Below are positions 29,487-39,454 of a stretch of 64,000 nucleotides of DNA, piece after piece; within the stretch, counting starts at the first letter, position 1, and each line of letters opens with the position of its first letter. The stretch lies in contig OZ245046.1 in NCBI GenBank assembly GCA_965224245.1, positions 6,208,001 to 6,272,000 of the forward strand. Direction: 5' to 3'. The notes beneath the pieces are model-generated. The model made no database searches. It worked only from the letters and a program-made list of their open reading frames with translations, and was not told the origin of the DNA. The DNA comes from Candidatus Eiseniibacteriota bacterium. GTDB taxonomy: Bacteria > Eisenbacteria > RBG-16-71-46 > CAZAMP01. Position numbers and translations under genes: made by a program.

Positions 29487-30671
29487 ATGCGACTGCTGAC
29501 GATCGCCGCGTGTCCCTGCCCGTGGCCGCGAGGGACTCCGATTCGCATCCACCGCATGGCCGAGGCGCTGGTCGAACGCGGGCACGAGGTGCACGTCGCC
29601 ACCTATCCGCTCGGGGACGAACGCGTGCACGTTCCTTACCGGGTGCATCGTGTGAGCTCACGCGGCAGCCGGATGGACCCGCGGCCGGGCCCGTCGCTGA
29701 AGAAGCTCCTGTGGCTCGATCCCATGCTGCTCCGCAAGGTGATCCAGCTCCTGCGCACGCGTCGGTTCGACGTGATCCACGCGCACCACTACGAGGGCTT
29801 GATCGTGGCATTGCTTGCACGCCGCGTCGCCGGCGGTACTCCCATCCTCTTCGATTCGCATACGCTGCTGGGCACGGAGCTGTCGCATTACCCGCTGCCG
29901 TTCCCCGACGTCCTGACGGCGAGGCTCGGGAGCGCCCTCGACCGTGCCCTGCCGGCGCGCGCCGACCACGTGGTCGCGGTCACCGCACGCATGCGTGACT
30001 GGTTCGAGAGCGCCGCGTCGATCCCGGCGCATCGCCTCTCCTTGATCCCGAACGGGGTCGAGTACGACTACTTCCAGGCGGGCGCCCACGCTCGCTCCCC
30101 GACGCCATCCCGTGACGACACTCGAACGGTGCTGTTCGCGGGCAACCTGGCCCAGTATCAGGGGATCCCTCTTCTCCTCGAAGCCTTCGCCAGGCTGCAC
30201 GAGCTGAAGCCGCTCACGCGGCTGCAGCTCGTCACCGAGTCGTCACTCGATCCGTGGCGACGGCGGATCGCGGAGCTCGGCATCGCCCACGCCGTGGAAG
30301 CGGTGTCGTCCGACTACGCCGAGCTTCCGGGCCGCCTGCGGTCCGCGGACGTCCTCGTGAACCCCCGCACCAACTGCGACGGGATTCCCCAGAAGCTGTT
30401 GAACTACATGGCCTCGGGGAGACCCATCGTCTCGTTCGAGGGCTCGGCGGCCGTGCTCGAACACGAACGTACCGGTCTGGTGGTGCCGGACGGGGACGTC
30501 GGGGCCTTCGCACTGGCCATGCAGCAGATCCTGGACGCGCCCGAGCGAGGAAGCGCACTCGGAAACGCAGCGCGCGATCACGTCGCCGTCTCACACAGCT
30601 GGCAGCATGCCGCGGAACAGATGGAGGGCGCTTGCCGGAGCTGCGTTGGAACCGGGGAGGGGCGCTCATGA
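29487..30671 (+). CDS. Glycosyltransferase family 4
   Basis: FDVIHAH, IPNGV, LFAGNL..YQG, PQKLLNYMASGRPIV, TGLVVP. Confidence 0.9.
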   Translation: MRLLTIAACPCPWPRGTPIRIHRMAEALVERGHEVHVATYPLGDERVHVPYRVHRVSSRGSRMDPRPGPSLKKLLWLDPMLLRKVIQLLRTRRFDVIHAHHYEGLIVALLARRVAGGTPILFDSHTLLGTELSHYPLPFPDVLTARLGSALDRALPARADHVVAVTARMRDWFESAASIPAHRLSLIPNGVEYDYFQAGAHARSPTPSRDDTRTVLFAGNLAQYQGIPLLLEAFARLHELKPLTRLQLVTESSLDPWRRRIAELGIAHAVEAVSSDYAELPGRLRSADVLVNPRTNCDGIPQKLLNYMASGRPIVSFEGSAAVLEHERTGLVVPDGDVGAFALAMQQILDAPERGSALGNAARDHVAVSHSWQHAAEQMEGACRSCVGTGEGRS

Positions 30672-32203
30672 CGACGTCGCCGATCCTGCTCCTCGGGCTC
30701 GACGCGGCCGATGCCGACCTCATCACGACGTTGATCGCCGCCGGGGAGCTTCCCAACCTGGCGCGGCTGCGTGAGACGGGTCGATACGGGCGCCTCGCCA
30801 CCCCGGCCGATCACTACGCCGGCGCCGTGTGGCCGACGTTCTACACGGGGATGCACGTCCCCTGGCATGGCGCGTTCCACAACAAGCTGTGGCGACCGGA
30901 CTCCATGCGCGTCGAGGTCGCGGCGGAGCACTGGATCCGAAGTCGGCCGTTCTGGGAGGGGATCGATCCACACCTGCGCGTCTGCATCGTAGACGCTCCG
31001 ATGGTGCTCGGTGCTCCGAAGCGACTCAACGGAGTCTACCTCGGCGGCTGGGGCACTCACGACGTGATGCATCAGGGCTCCTGGCCGCGGGGCCTCTGGG
31101 GAGATCTCGTCCGCCGGTACGGTGCGCCGGCGATGCCGGCCGAGCACTTCGGGGCCCAGTCGCGGGCGTCGCTGATCACGCTGGCCTCGGCGCTGGAGGC
31201 CTCGACACGGCAGTTTCAGGACGTCGTCCTGGACGTGCTCCAGCGTGAGCGGTGGGACCTTGCCTGTGTCGTGTTTGGTGCTATGCATCGCGCGGGACAC
31301 TACCTGTGGGATGCTTCCCAGGTTGAAGACGCGCCGGACGGTGCGGCGGCCGATCGGGTCCGGTCGGGTCTCGGCGCGGTCTACGCAGCGGTCGATCGGG
31401 CGCTCGGGGCGATTCTCGATCGGACCGGCGAGGAGACACTCGTTCTCTGCTTTGCCGTGCATGGCATGGCGGCGAACCGGGGCTGGTCTGATCTGCTCCC
31501 CGATCTCCTGGCCGCGCTGGAGCACGCCGCGCTCGGCACGCGCCCCAGGCGTGGCTTGCTCCATGCGGTGAAGCGACGGGTCCCGCATCACTGGGTCCGG
31601 CCACTCCTGACGCGTCTCCCGGCCGCTGCCGCCGGACGCCTCGTGCCGCTGTGGTCCAGGGGCATGTTCGACTGGTCACGAACCCGGTTCTTTCCGATGC
31701 CGATGGATCAGGCGGGCTACCTGCGCGTGAACCTGCGCGGCAGGGAGGCCGCCGGAGTCGTGGATCGGGGCGCCGACTATGACGCCGTGTGCACGCAGCT
31801 GGAACGGTGGATGCTCAGCCTGCGTGACGAGGCCACTGGACGCGCACTGACCGATCGCGTCGAACGTGCCTACGCACGAGCCGACGAGGACGCGACGTAT
31901 CGTCATCTGCTGCCGGACCTGGTGGTCCCCTGGCATGGGCCCGCCGCGGCGGAGACGCGATCGGTGACCTCGACGGTGATCCCGGGGTTTCGGTATCGGG
32001 TCCCGCGGCGGCTGCCGTCCGGTCGCTCGGGCAACCACACCGATCGGGGGTGGCTCATCGCGCGGGGAGCCGGTGTGACGCCGGGAGCCTTCGGACGCGA
32101 GCACCACGTCGTGGATCTGGCCCCCACGGTGCTCGCGCACCTCGGCCTCGCGCCCGACCCCAGCGTTCAGGGCAGGCCCATCGATCTGCAGGGTGACCCA
32201 TGA
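30668..32203 (+). CDS. Alkaline phosphatase superfamily (type I phosphodiesterase/nucleotide pyrophosphatase-like) protein
   Basis: LLGLDAAD, LPNLARL, WPTFYTG..HG, HRAGHYLW, SGNH..G, VVDLAPTVL. Confidence 0.8.
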   Translation: MTTSPILLLGLDAADADLITTLIAAGELPNLARLRETGRYGRLATPADHYAGAVWPTFYTGMHVPWHGAFHNKLWRPDSMRVEVAAEHWIRSRPFWEGIDPHLRVCIVDAPMVLGAPKRLNGVYLGGWGTHDVMHQGSWPRGLWGDLVRRYGAPAMPAEHFGAQSRASLITLASALEASTRQFQDVVLDVLQRERWDLACVVFGAMHRAGHYLWDASQVEDAPDGAAADRVRSGLGAVYAAVDRALGAILDRTGEETLVLCFAVHGMAANRGWSDLLPDLLAALEHAALGTRPRRGLLHAVKRRVPHHWVRPLLTRLPAAAAGRLVPLWSRGMFDWSRTRFFPMPMDQAGYLRVNLRGREAAGVVDRGADYDAVCTQLERWMLSLRDEATGRALTDRVERAYARADEDATYRHLLPDLVVPWHGPAAAETRSVTSTVIPGFRYRVPRRLPSGRSGNHTDRGWLIARGAGVTPGAFGREHHVVDLAPTVLAHLGLAPDPSVQGRPIDLQGDP

Positions 32204-33783
32204 TCCTGACTCCGCCGGAACTGGCGTCCGACGTCTACGACGTGTGTGTGATCGGGGCCGGCCCCGCCGGGATCACGCTCGCGCTGGAGCTCGAGCCAAC
32301 CGGCATGGGCATCTGCTTGCTCGAGGCGGGGGGAGAAACCTACGAGCCGCGGGCGCAACGGCTGCTGGAGGGGACGATGGAGGGTGACCGCTATCCTCCG
32401 CTGCGCGACACCCGCCTCTCCGCGCTGGGGGGCACCAGCCATGTCTGGGCGGGCTGGTGCCGGCCGCTGGATCCAATCGACTTCGACCCGCGACCGGGAC
32501 GGGACGGATGCGGCTGGCCTCTCGGTGCCTCCGATCTCGAGCCGTACTACCGTCGGGCGCACGAGTATCTCGGCCTCGGCGCGTTCGACTACGACGCTCC
32601 CGGCGACGCGCTTCGAGACGATCTGCTGCCGATCCGCCCGGCCGATGTCGCGCACGCGGTGTTCCGGGTGGTGCCGCGGCAGCTCGGCGCCCGCTACCGC
32701 GGCCGGCTCGAGGTCGCGCAGAACGTGCACCTGGTGCTGCACTCACCGGTGATGCGGTTGCGCATGAACCCCGGAGGTGATTGCGATGGTGCCTGCGTAC
32801 GCGGGCCCGACGGTCGCGATCTCCGGATACGCGCACGGCGCTACGTGCTGGCGGCGGGCGGCATCGAGAACGCACGGCTGTTGCTGCTCTCAGCCGAGTC
32901 GCCCGAGTCGGCACCGGGCAACTCCGCCGATGTTCTCGGTCGGTACTTCACGGATCATCCGTTCGCGAACGTGGGCACGATGCATCTGAACGCGCCCCGT
33001 GCGCTCACCGCGTACTTTCCGCGCCGGCCGGCCGGGGACACCGCGGGACCGGGGGTGGCCCCGCAGGTACGGACCACGCTCAGTCTGCCGCGCCACGTGC
33101 TCGAGCAGGAGGGGTCGCTGAACGCGGCGCTGTTCTTTCACCCCCGATATGAAGCGCACGAGGTGTTCGACCACCCCGAGGTCGCGGCGCTGCTGGAGGT
33201 CTGGAACAAGCTACGGGGCAAGGCCGTGCCGGGCGGGCTGCGTCCATACCTACAGAGAGCGGTCAGGGCTCCGCACCGACTCGTCGTCGCCGGGGCCCGA
33301 AAGCTACTGATCGGTGCCGGACCGGGTCGGACGTGGCGCTGCCGCGCCATGTTCGAGACGGAGTCGCGCGCCGAGAACCGGGTGACGCTGGGCGTGCGAC
33401 GCGATGCATTGGATCGTCCCCTCGCCCATGTCGACTGGCATCTGAGTGAACTCGATCTGCTGAACATGCGATCGATCATGGGCCGCTTCGACCGCGCCCT
33501 CCGTTCGACCGGCATCGGATGGATCGAGTTCGCGTGCCAGGACACGGCGGATGGGTGGCGCAGCCTGGCGGAGGGCGGGAAGCACCACATGGGCACGACA
33601 CGCATGCACGTCTCGCCCCGGTCCGGCGTCGTCGACGCGGACTGCCGGGTGCACGGTGTCTCGAACCTGTACGTGGCCGGCAGCTCGGTCTTTCCCAGTG
33701 GCGGCTATGCGAATCCGACGCTGACGATCGTCGCTCTGGCGATCCGTCTGGGGGACCACCTGAGGAACGGGACGACGACGTGA
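32200..33783 (+). CDS. GMC family oxidoreductase
   Basis: DVCVIGAGPAG, LGGTSHVWAG, LAAGGIENARLLL, HHMGTTRM, NPTLTIVALAIRL. Confidence 0.9.
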   Translation: MILTPPELASDVYDVCVIGAGPAGITLALELEPTGMGICLLEAGGETYEPRAQRLLEGTMEGDRYPPLRDTRLSALGGTSHVWAGWCRPLDPIDFDPRPGRDGCGWPLGASDLEPYYRRAHEYLGLGAFDYDAPGDALRDDLLPIRPADVAHAVFRVVPRQLGARYRGRLEVAQNVHLVLHSPVMRLRMNPGGDCDGACVRGPDGRDLRIRARRYVLAAGGIENARLLLLSAESPESAPGNSADVLGRYFTDHPFANVGTMHLNAPRALTAYFPRRPAGDTAGPGVAPQVRTTLSLPRHVLEQEGSLNAALFFHPRYEAHEVFDHPEVAALLEVWNKLRGKAVPGGLRPYLQRAVRAPHRLVVAGARKLLIGAGPGRTWRCRAMFETESRAENRVTLGVRRDALDRPLAHVDWHLSELDLLNMRSIMGRFDRALRSTGIGWIEFACQDTADGWRSLAEGGKHHMGTTRMHVSPRSGVVDADCRVHGVSNLYVAGSSVFPSGGYANPTLTIVALAIRLGDHLRNGTTT

Positions 33784-34043
33784 ACCCGTGCCGTATCATC
33801 CCGGCTTCGCCCACGATCTCCTTCACGTGACGCTCCGGTCTCAGTGCTGGATCGTCGAAAGACTCTCCGGATTGGAGCAGCGAGTCGATCGATCGTTCAA
33901 CCGAGGCGAGCGGTGAGTCGACTCGCATTCGGGATGGGCAGTCGAGAAGATTCACTCCCGTGCTTCGGCCCCGAGATCATAGAATGGTGCGTGCGACGCC
34001 GTCGCGCCGATCCGTCATCCGCAATCTCAGCCTGTAACAACGT

Positions 34044-36548
34044 GTGGGAGCTTCTGGAGGCACAGTGGTTTCTCTATTCGCGCTCGTTCTCCTGGTCGGA
34101 ATCGCCGGATCGGCCCTCGGCGATCCGGATCCCGTGCTGGAGTGGCTCCGGGGCCGGGATCAGCACTTCGCCGAGCATCCCGAGCTCGTGGGAAAGTCCG
34201 GGACGGGCTACAACCCCTACGCGCGGGCGAGGTGGTTCCTCGAGCAGCGAATGGTCGACGGTGCCCTCCCCGAGGGCGACGCCCGGCTGAAGGTGTGGGA
34301 AGACGAGCGCGGCCGCGTCGCGAGGACCGGGGACAGCTGGTTCTCCGTCGGTCCGAGCAACTTCGGGGGCAGGCTCCTCAGCATGACGTTCGACCCCGGC
34401 AACTCGCAGAGAATCTACGCGGGGGCGGCCGGCGGAGGGCTCTGGCGGACCGACGACGCCGGCGCGTCCTGGGAGCCGCTGACGGACACGTATCCGTTCA
34501 TCGCCATCGGCGGCGTGGCCGTGAAGCCGGGCGATCCGACCCGGATCATCGTCGGGACGGGGCAGGGTCAGCCCGGAGGCAACGCCGTCGACGGCATCGG
34601 AGTCTGGCGGTCGCTGAACGGCGGGAGCTCCTGGCAGTCGACGTCGCTCCACCACGACCGTGACACCACGAACGGCTTCTACTTCGTGAAGTACCACCCG
34701 AACGCCAGTGTCGTCTTCGCCGGCTCGCAGTCGGCGCTGTCCCGATCCGTGGACGACGGAGCGACCTGGACGACCGTCCTGGGCGTGGGCTGCACGGACA
34801 TCGCTCTGCTGCCCGGCTCGCCGGTCGCTCTCGCGATCCAGGGGCGGCCCGCGACCGGTGCCGGGATCTACCGCTCGACGGACGGCGGAACGAGCTGGAC
34901 GGCCGTGCACAACCCCTCGTCCTGCGGGCGCGGGCGGGTCGCGTTCGCACCATCCGACCCGACCATCGCCTACGCGCTCCTCGGGCACTCCGATGGTGAC
35001 GGCCTCCGCGGGGTCTTCCGGTCCGACGATGGCGGTGCGACGTGGGCCCCGGTCAACGCCGACTACAGCCTCACGAGCGGGGGCCAGAGCTCGATGCACC
35101 AGGCGCTCGCCATTCACCCCGACGATCCGGACCTGATCATCGTGGGCGGCGTCAATCTCATGCGCTCGAGCAACGGCGGCGTGGACTTCGAGCGGCTCAA
35201 CGATGCGATCGGGCCGCACGTCGACTATCTCGGGGCGATCTGGGATCCGGTCACTCCGGATCTGCTCTGGATCTGGGGCGATGGCGGGGTCTGGCAGTCT
35301 CCGGACAACGGCGACACCTGGGTCGAGAAGAGCACGGACCTGCGCAACATCCAGCTCTACGACGTCGGGACGAGCGTCGCCTCGGCCACGGTGGACGTTC
35401 TCTTCGGAGGGGCCCAGGACAACGGAGTGGAGAGACGCGATCCCGGGGACACCACCTGGGACGTCGTCTTCGCGGGCGACGGCACGATCACGGTCGTCCA
35501 CTCGACGGATCCCGATATCGTCTTCGCCACGAAGCAGCGGGGACTCCACCTGCGGAGCCTCGATGGCGGCAGCAGCTTCGACTTCATGTACGGCGGGTTG
35601 CCCGGCGGCGATGCGGGCCCCTTCGTCACGCCGAAGGTGGCGGATCCGAGCAACCCGGAGGTGCTGTTCACGACCACGACGACGGAGCTGTACCGGTCCA
35701 CCGCCGCCTCGACGTGCGACGCCGACTGCTGGAGCCCGGTCGACAACTCCGGTCGGCCGGCGGTGTCGCTATCGGTGAGCCCGGCCGACGGCAACGTGGT
35801 CTGGGCCTTGATGCAGGACGGGACCGTCCGCAAGTCCGCCGACGGGGGGAGCTCGTTCGCGCCGGTGACGACCCCGACGGCGTCGGGGGAGCCCACCTGC
35901 ATCGCGGCCCATCCGTCGAGCGCCGCCGTCGTCTTCGCGACGTTCTCCGGGTACGGGACCGGCGCCCACGTGGTCCGCTCTCCGGACGGCGGGACGACCT
36001 GGTTGGACATGACCGGGAACCTTCCCGACGCTCCCGTCAACACGATCGCGATTCCCTCGGACGTCCACGCGATCTACGTGGGGACGGATGTCGGCGTGCA
36101 TGCCACGACCGATGGTGTGACCTGGGCGGAGTACGGCAGCGACCTGCCGTTCACGGTCGTGACCGATCTGGAGATACACGAGGCCTCCGGCACCCTGGTG
36201 GCGGCGACGTACGGGCGCGGGGCGTGGGTGACCACGCTGATGTCCATGCTGGCCGTGGATCCGGACGTCGTGACCTCTGCCGGCAATCTCCTCCTGGCAC
36301 CGCCGGCTCCGAACCCGGTCGAGGGGGAAGCCCGCATCCGCTATGCGGCGCACGCCTCCTCGCCCGTGACGCTCGACGTCTTCGACGTGAACGGAAGGCG
36401 GGTCACCCGGGTGACGGAGCTGGCGACCGGGGACGGCGAGGTCCACGAGGCGATCTGGAGGACGGACTCGGTCCCGGCCGGGGTGTATCTCCTGCGATTG
36501 CGAGCCGGGGGACGCGAGGCCGCGAGGCGGGTCACGGTGGTGAAGTGA
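34044..36548 (+). CDS. Secreted BNR/VPS10-like propeller protein with FlgD/T9SS-like CTD
   Basis: Repeated RSxDGGxTW Asp-boxes; GAQDNG, ATYGRG; PNP..FDVNGR..GVYL terminus. Confidence 0.85.
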   Translation: MGASGGTVVSLFALVLLVGIAGSALGDPDPVLEWLRGRDQHFAEHPELVGKSGTGYNPYARARWFLEQRMVDGALPEGDARLKVWEDERGRVARTGDSWFSVGPSNFGGRLLSMTFDPGNSQRIYAGAAGGGLWRTDDAGASWEPLTDTYPFIAIGGVAVKPGDPTRIIVGTGQGQPGGNAVDGIGVWRSLNGGSSWQSTSLHHDRDTTNGFYFVKYHPNASVVFAGSQSALSRSVDDGATWTTVLGVGCTDIALLPGSPVALAIQGRPATGAGIYRSTDGGTSWTAVHNPSSCGRGRVAFAPSDPTIAYALLGHSDGDGLRGVFRSDDGGATWAPVNADYSLTSGGQSSMHQALAIHPDDPDLIIVGGVNLMRSSNGGVDFERLNDAIGPHVDYLGAIWDPVTPDLLWIWGDGGVWQSPDNGDTWVEKSTDLRNIQLYDVGTSVASATVDVLFGGAQDNGVERRDPGDTTWDVVFAGDGTITVVHSTDPDIVFATKQRGLHLRSLDGGSSFDFMYGGLPGGDAGPFVTPKVADPSNPEVLFTTTTTELYRSTAASTCDADCWSPVDNSGRPAVSLSVSPADGNVVWALMQDGTVRKSADGGSSFAPVTTPTASGEPTCIAAHPSSAAVVFATFSGYGTGAHVVRSPDGGTTWLDMTGNLPDAPVNTIAIPSDVHAIYVGTDVGVHATTDGVTWAEYGSDLPFTVVTDLEIHEASGTLVAATYGRGAWVTTLMSMLAVDPDVVTSAGNLLLAPPAPNPVEGEARIRYAAHASSPVTLDVFDVNGRRVTRVTELATGDGEVHEAIWRTDSVPAGVYLLRLRAGGREAARRVTVVK

Positions 36549-36553
36549 GGGAA

Positions 36554-36883
36554 CGACCCCTCGAAGCCTCGGGAGTTCAGATCCCACGGACGTCGTACCA
36601 GGCGCCGAACATGAGTGCCGGCGCCGAGTGGCTCGTGCGATCGATCAAGACGCAGTGCCTGGATCAGATGATCCTCCTCGGTCCGGCCTCAGTGGAGCGG
36701 GCGATCTCGGAGTACACGCCCACTCTCACGGGGAGCGAAGCCAGGGCATCGGCGACACGCTGGTCAACGGCACAGATCCACGATCCGACGGCGCGATCCA
36801 TGTAGAGCAGCGCCTCGGCGGGCTGCTCGAGTTCTACGATTGGCGGGCCGCGTGAGCTCGTTCGAGTATTCGGACACAACGGG
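36554..36883 (+). mobile_element. 3' half relic of the integrase-core IS with right end
   Basis: GVQIPRTSYQAPNMSAGAEWLVRSIKTQCLDQMILLG..QRLGGLLEFYDWRAA*; right IR TATTCGGACACAACGGG. Confidence 0.88.
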
Positions 36884-36887
36884 AACA

Positions 36888-37527
36888 CTATCGAACCAGG
36901 ACGAATCGACGAGTCTCCGAGGCCTCGCCAACCTCCAGTCGCTGCCAGTAGATGCCGGATGGCGCCACTTCACCGTGATCATCGTGTCCATCCCAGTCCA
37001 GGTGATGCGTACCCGCGACGAGCTCTGCGTCGAGAAGCTCCCGCACGACGCGACCGCTCACATCGAGTACACGGAGGGTGACCCGCCCCTGAGCCGGAAG
37101 CACGAACTCGATCGACGTCGTCCCGCGGGATGGATTGGGATGGACGCGGTGGAGCAGCGCGTGGGAGTCCGGTGAACCGCTCGCGTCGGAGCCGACGCTG
37201 ACGATCTCCGCCGTGCACCTGTCGAAGAACGTCTGCTGTGCGATCGGATCGCCGTCGACGTTGAACTCGTTGCCGCACCAGACCGAGAGAATGTCGAGCG
37301 CACCGGGCACGTCGTCGACGATCGCGATCCCGTTGTACTCCCCGATCCGCAGCGTGGCAGTGCTCGGGGTCAGATCAACGTGCTCCGACCACGCAACACC
37401 ATCATAGTGGTAGACTCTGCCCCAATCGTTGGGGACGAAGACGTCGGTTCCCGAGCTGCCCCAGATCTCCCAGCCTCCCCGAACCGCACCCTCGGTGTCG
37501 GTCCAGCCAACGCCGTCGTACGACCAA
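36888..37527 (-). pseudogene. 5'-truncated secreted protein (propeller fragment plus FlgD/T9SS-like CTD)
   Basis: Open frame YDGVGWTD..IWGSSGTDVFV..HYDGVAW..PNPSRG..GIYW with no start or signal peptide; 5' end abuts an IS relic. Confidence 0.7.
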
Positions 37528-37531
37528 CACT

Positions 37532-37630
37532 TGTCGTTGAGCGGCTAGGTGGGCTGCTGAGGCACTACCATCGGGAGACGGCGTGATCGGTGCGCTTCTG
37601 GGTCCTGTCGAGTTGCTTGACCGACATCGG
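37532..37630 (+). mobile_element. Right-end relic of the integrase-core IS
   Basis: ERLGGLLRHYHRETA* followed by a degenerate right IR GTCGAGTTGCTTGACCGACATCGG. Confidence 0.75.
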
Positions 37631-38223
37631 ATGTGACCTGCACCAGCCAGCAGTGCGTGAGTCGCCATGGAAGCCACTGTGTGGCTTGCGGCTACGGCAT
37701 GGGCTGCGGGCGCGGGCCGTCCAGGCGAGCTGACCTCCCAGGCATGATCAGGGTTCCCGCACTGTAACCCCGACTGCACGCGCGTTTCGTCTTCCGATCA
37801 TCCACCTCACTCGACCGAACCGGTGTTCAGACTCTCCGTTACGTTTTCCGTGCTTTCTTGTGCGCGTTTCGCGCGCTGCTGCGCACCTCCGGGTGAGGTC
37901 GGCGACACGACGCGAGGCAACGGCCGATGTGTGCGGCGTGCAGCTCATCCCCCCGCGTCAGGAGATCCGTCATGCAGAGCTCATCCGCGAGATCCTCTTC
38001 AAGGCTGGACGTTGCGCCGATACGAGCTCTCCTCCTCATCGTCGTACTCGCGCCGAGCCCATTCCTCTTTCCTCATGACGTACACGGGCAGTGTCTTCCT
38101 GCCCCTGCGGGCTTTGCAGGCTGGCGGCCACACGACGAGAGGGTTGCGCCCGAAGCGCCAGAAGTCGGGGGCGCTCTCTTCCGGTAGCGCGCCCTAAAGC
38201 GACTTCCATCCTGGAGGTGTCCG

Positions 38224-39402
38224 ATGAGATCCATCCTCGTCTCCGTTCTGTCCGCCAGTGTGGCGCTCGCCCTGGGCTCGCAGGGGGCTCTGTCGCACAC
38301 TCAGATCACCACCGACCCGGCCGACGACTCGTATCCCGCGTGGTCGCCCGAGGGCACCCACATCGCATTCCACTCGGACCGTGGCGGCAATGACGACATC
38401 TGGGTGATCCGGCTGTCGGACGGCGACCTGACCCAGATCACCACCGACCTGGGTTCGGACATCCGACCCCACTGGTCGCCCGACGGCAGTCAGATCGCCT
38501 TCGTGTCGGACCGAGGCGGCAGCAACGACATCTGGGTGATCCGGCTGTCGGACGGCGACCTGACCCAGATCACCGATCACCCACTTGACGAGCAAATGCC
38601 CGCCTGGTCGCCTGACGGCAGCCAGATTGCCTTCTGGGCGGACTGGAGTGGCAACAATGACGTCTGGAGGATCCGGCTGTCAGACGGCGAGCTGGTCAAC
38701 ATCACCGACCACCCCGCCAGCGACACCCATCCCACGTGGTCACCCGACGGTAGCCAGATCGCCTTCCCGTCGCTCCGTAGCGGCAATCAGGACATCTGGG
38801 TGATCCGGCTGTCGGACGGCGCGCTGACCCAGATCACCACCACCGGCGACAGGGACGTCTTTCCCGGCTGGTCGATCAACGACGAGATCGTCTTCTTCAA
38901 GCAAGCCGACGAGATCATCGACATCTGGAAGGTCCCGGCGACGGCGGACGGCACGCAGCAGCGGTTGACCGCCAACCTGGCGGATGACCGTGAACCCGCC
39001 TGGTCACCCGACGGCAGTCAGATCGCCTTTTCGTCCGACCGTGACGATGGCGATGGTATCGACGACAGGGACATCTGGATCATACCCGGCACGATCTCCG
39101 TCGGCACCTCCGCGCCACTGGCCCGGAGCATGATCCTCGCCCCGTATCCGAACCCGCTCAACCCGACGGCGACCCTTCCGTTCACGCTCGGGACGGCCGG
39201 CTCGAGCCGGATTCTGGTGTACGACGTCAGCGGTCGCTTCGTGCGGCGGCTCGTGGATGACCACCTTCCCGCCGGTGAGCACTCGGTCACCTGGGATGGT
39301 CGCGATGCGACCGGGTCACCGATGCCCAGCAGCGTGTATGTCTACGTGCTGAGTGTCGATGGCGAGGTCGTCGGAACCCGGAAGGCGGCGCTGCTGAGAT
39401 AG
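38224..39402 (+). CDS. Secreted TolB-like PD40 repeat protein with FlgD/T9SS-like CTD
   Basis: PAWSPDGSQIAF repeats with a 132-nt period, some nearly identical; GGAGG RBS; PNPLN..YDVSGR..VY terminus. Confidence 0.9.
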   Translation: MRSILVSVLSASVALALGSQGALSHTQITTDPADDSYPAWSPEGTHIAFHSDRGGNDDIWVIRLSDGDLTQITTDLGSDIRPHWSPDGSQIAFVSDRGGSNDIWVIRLSDGDLTQITDHPLDEQMPAWSPDGSQIAFWADWSGNNDVWRIRLSDGELVNITDHPASDTHPTWSPDGSQIAFPSLRSGNQDIWVIRLSDGALTQITTTGDRDVFPGWSINDEIVFFKQADEIIDIWKVPATADGTQQRLTANLADDREPAWSPDGSQIAFSSDRDDGDGIDDRDIWIIPGTISVGTSAPLARSMILAPYPNPLNPTATLPFTLGTAGSSRILVYDVSGRFVRRLVDDHLPAGEHSVTWDGRDATGSPMPSSVYVYVLSVDGEVVGTRKAALLR

Positions 39403-39454
39403 TGCATTCAAGTCCGGGCCTTCCGGAGGCACAGTTACGACAATCAAGGGTGGC

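Noticed and set aside
34074-36805. Long antisense or alternative-frame ORFs (e.g. 34074-35549, 35042-36805, 42977-44770, 23791-25404, 57508-59124)
   Set aside because: Arg/Pro/Gly-rich shadow frames typical of high-GC DNA that overlap well-supported genes.
37640-38200. Possible gene in this gap
   Set aside because: Only short ORFs without recognisable motifs or a good RBS; probably decayed sequence.
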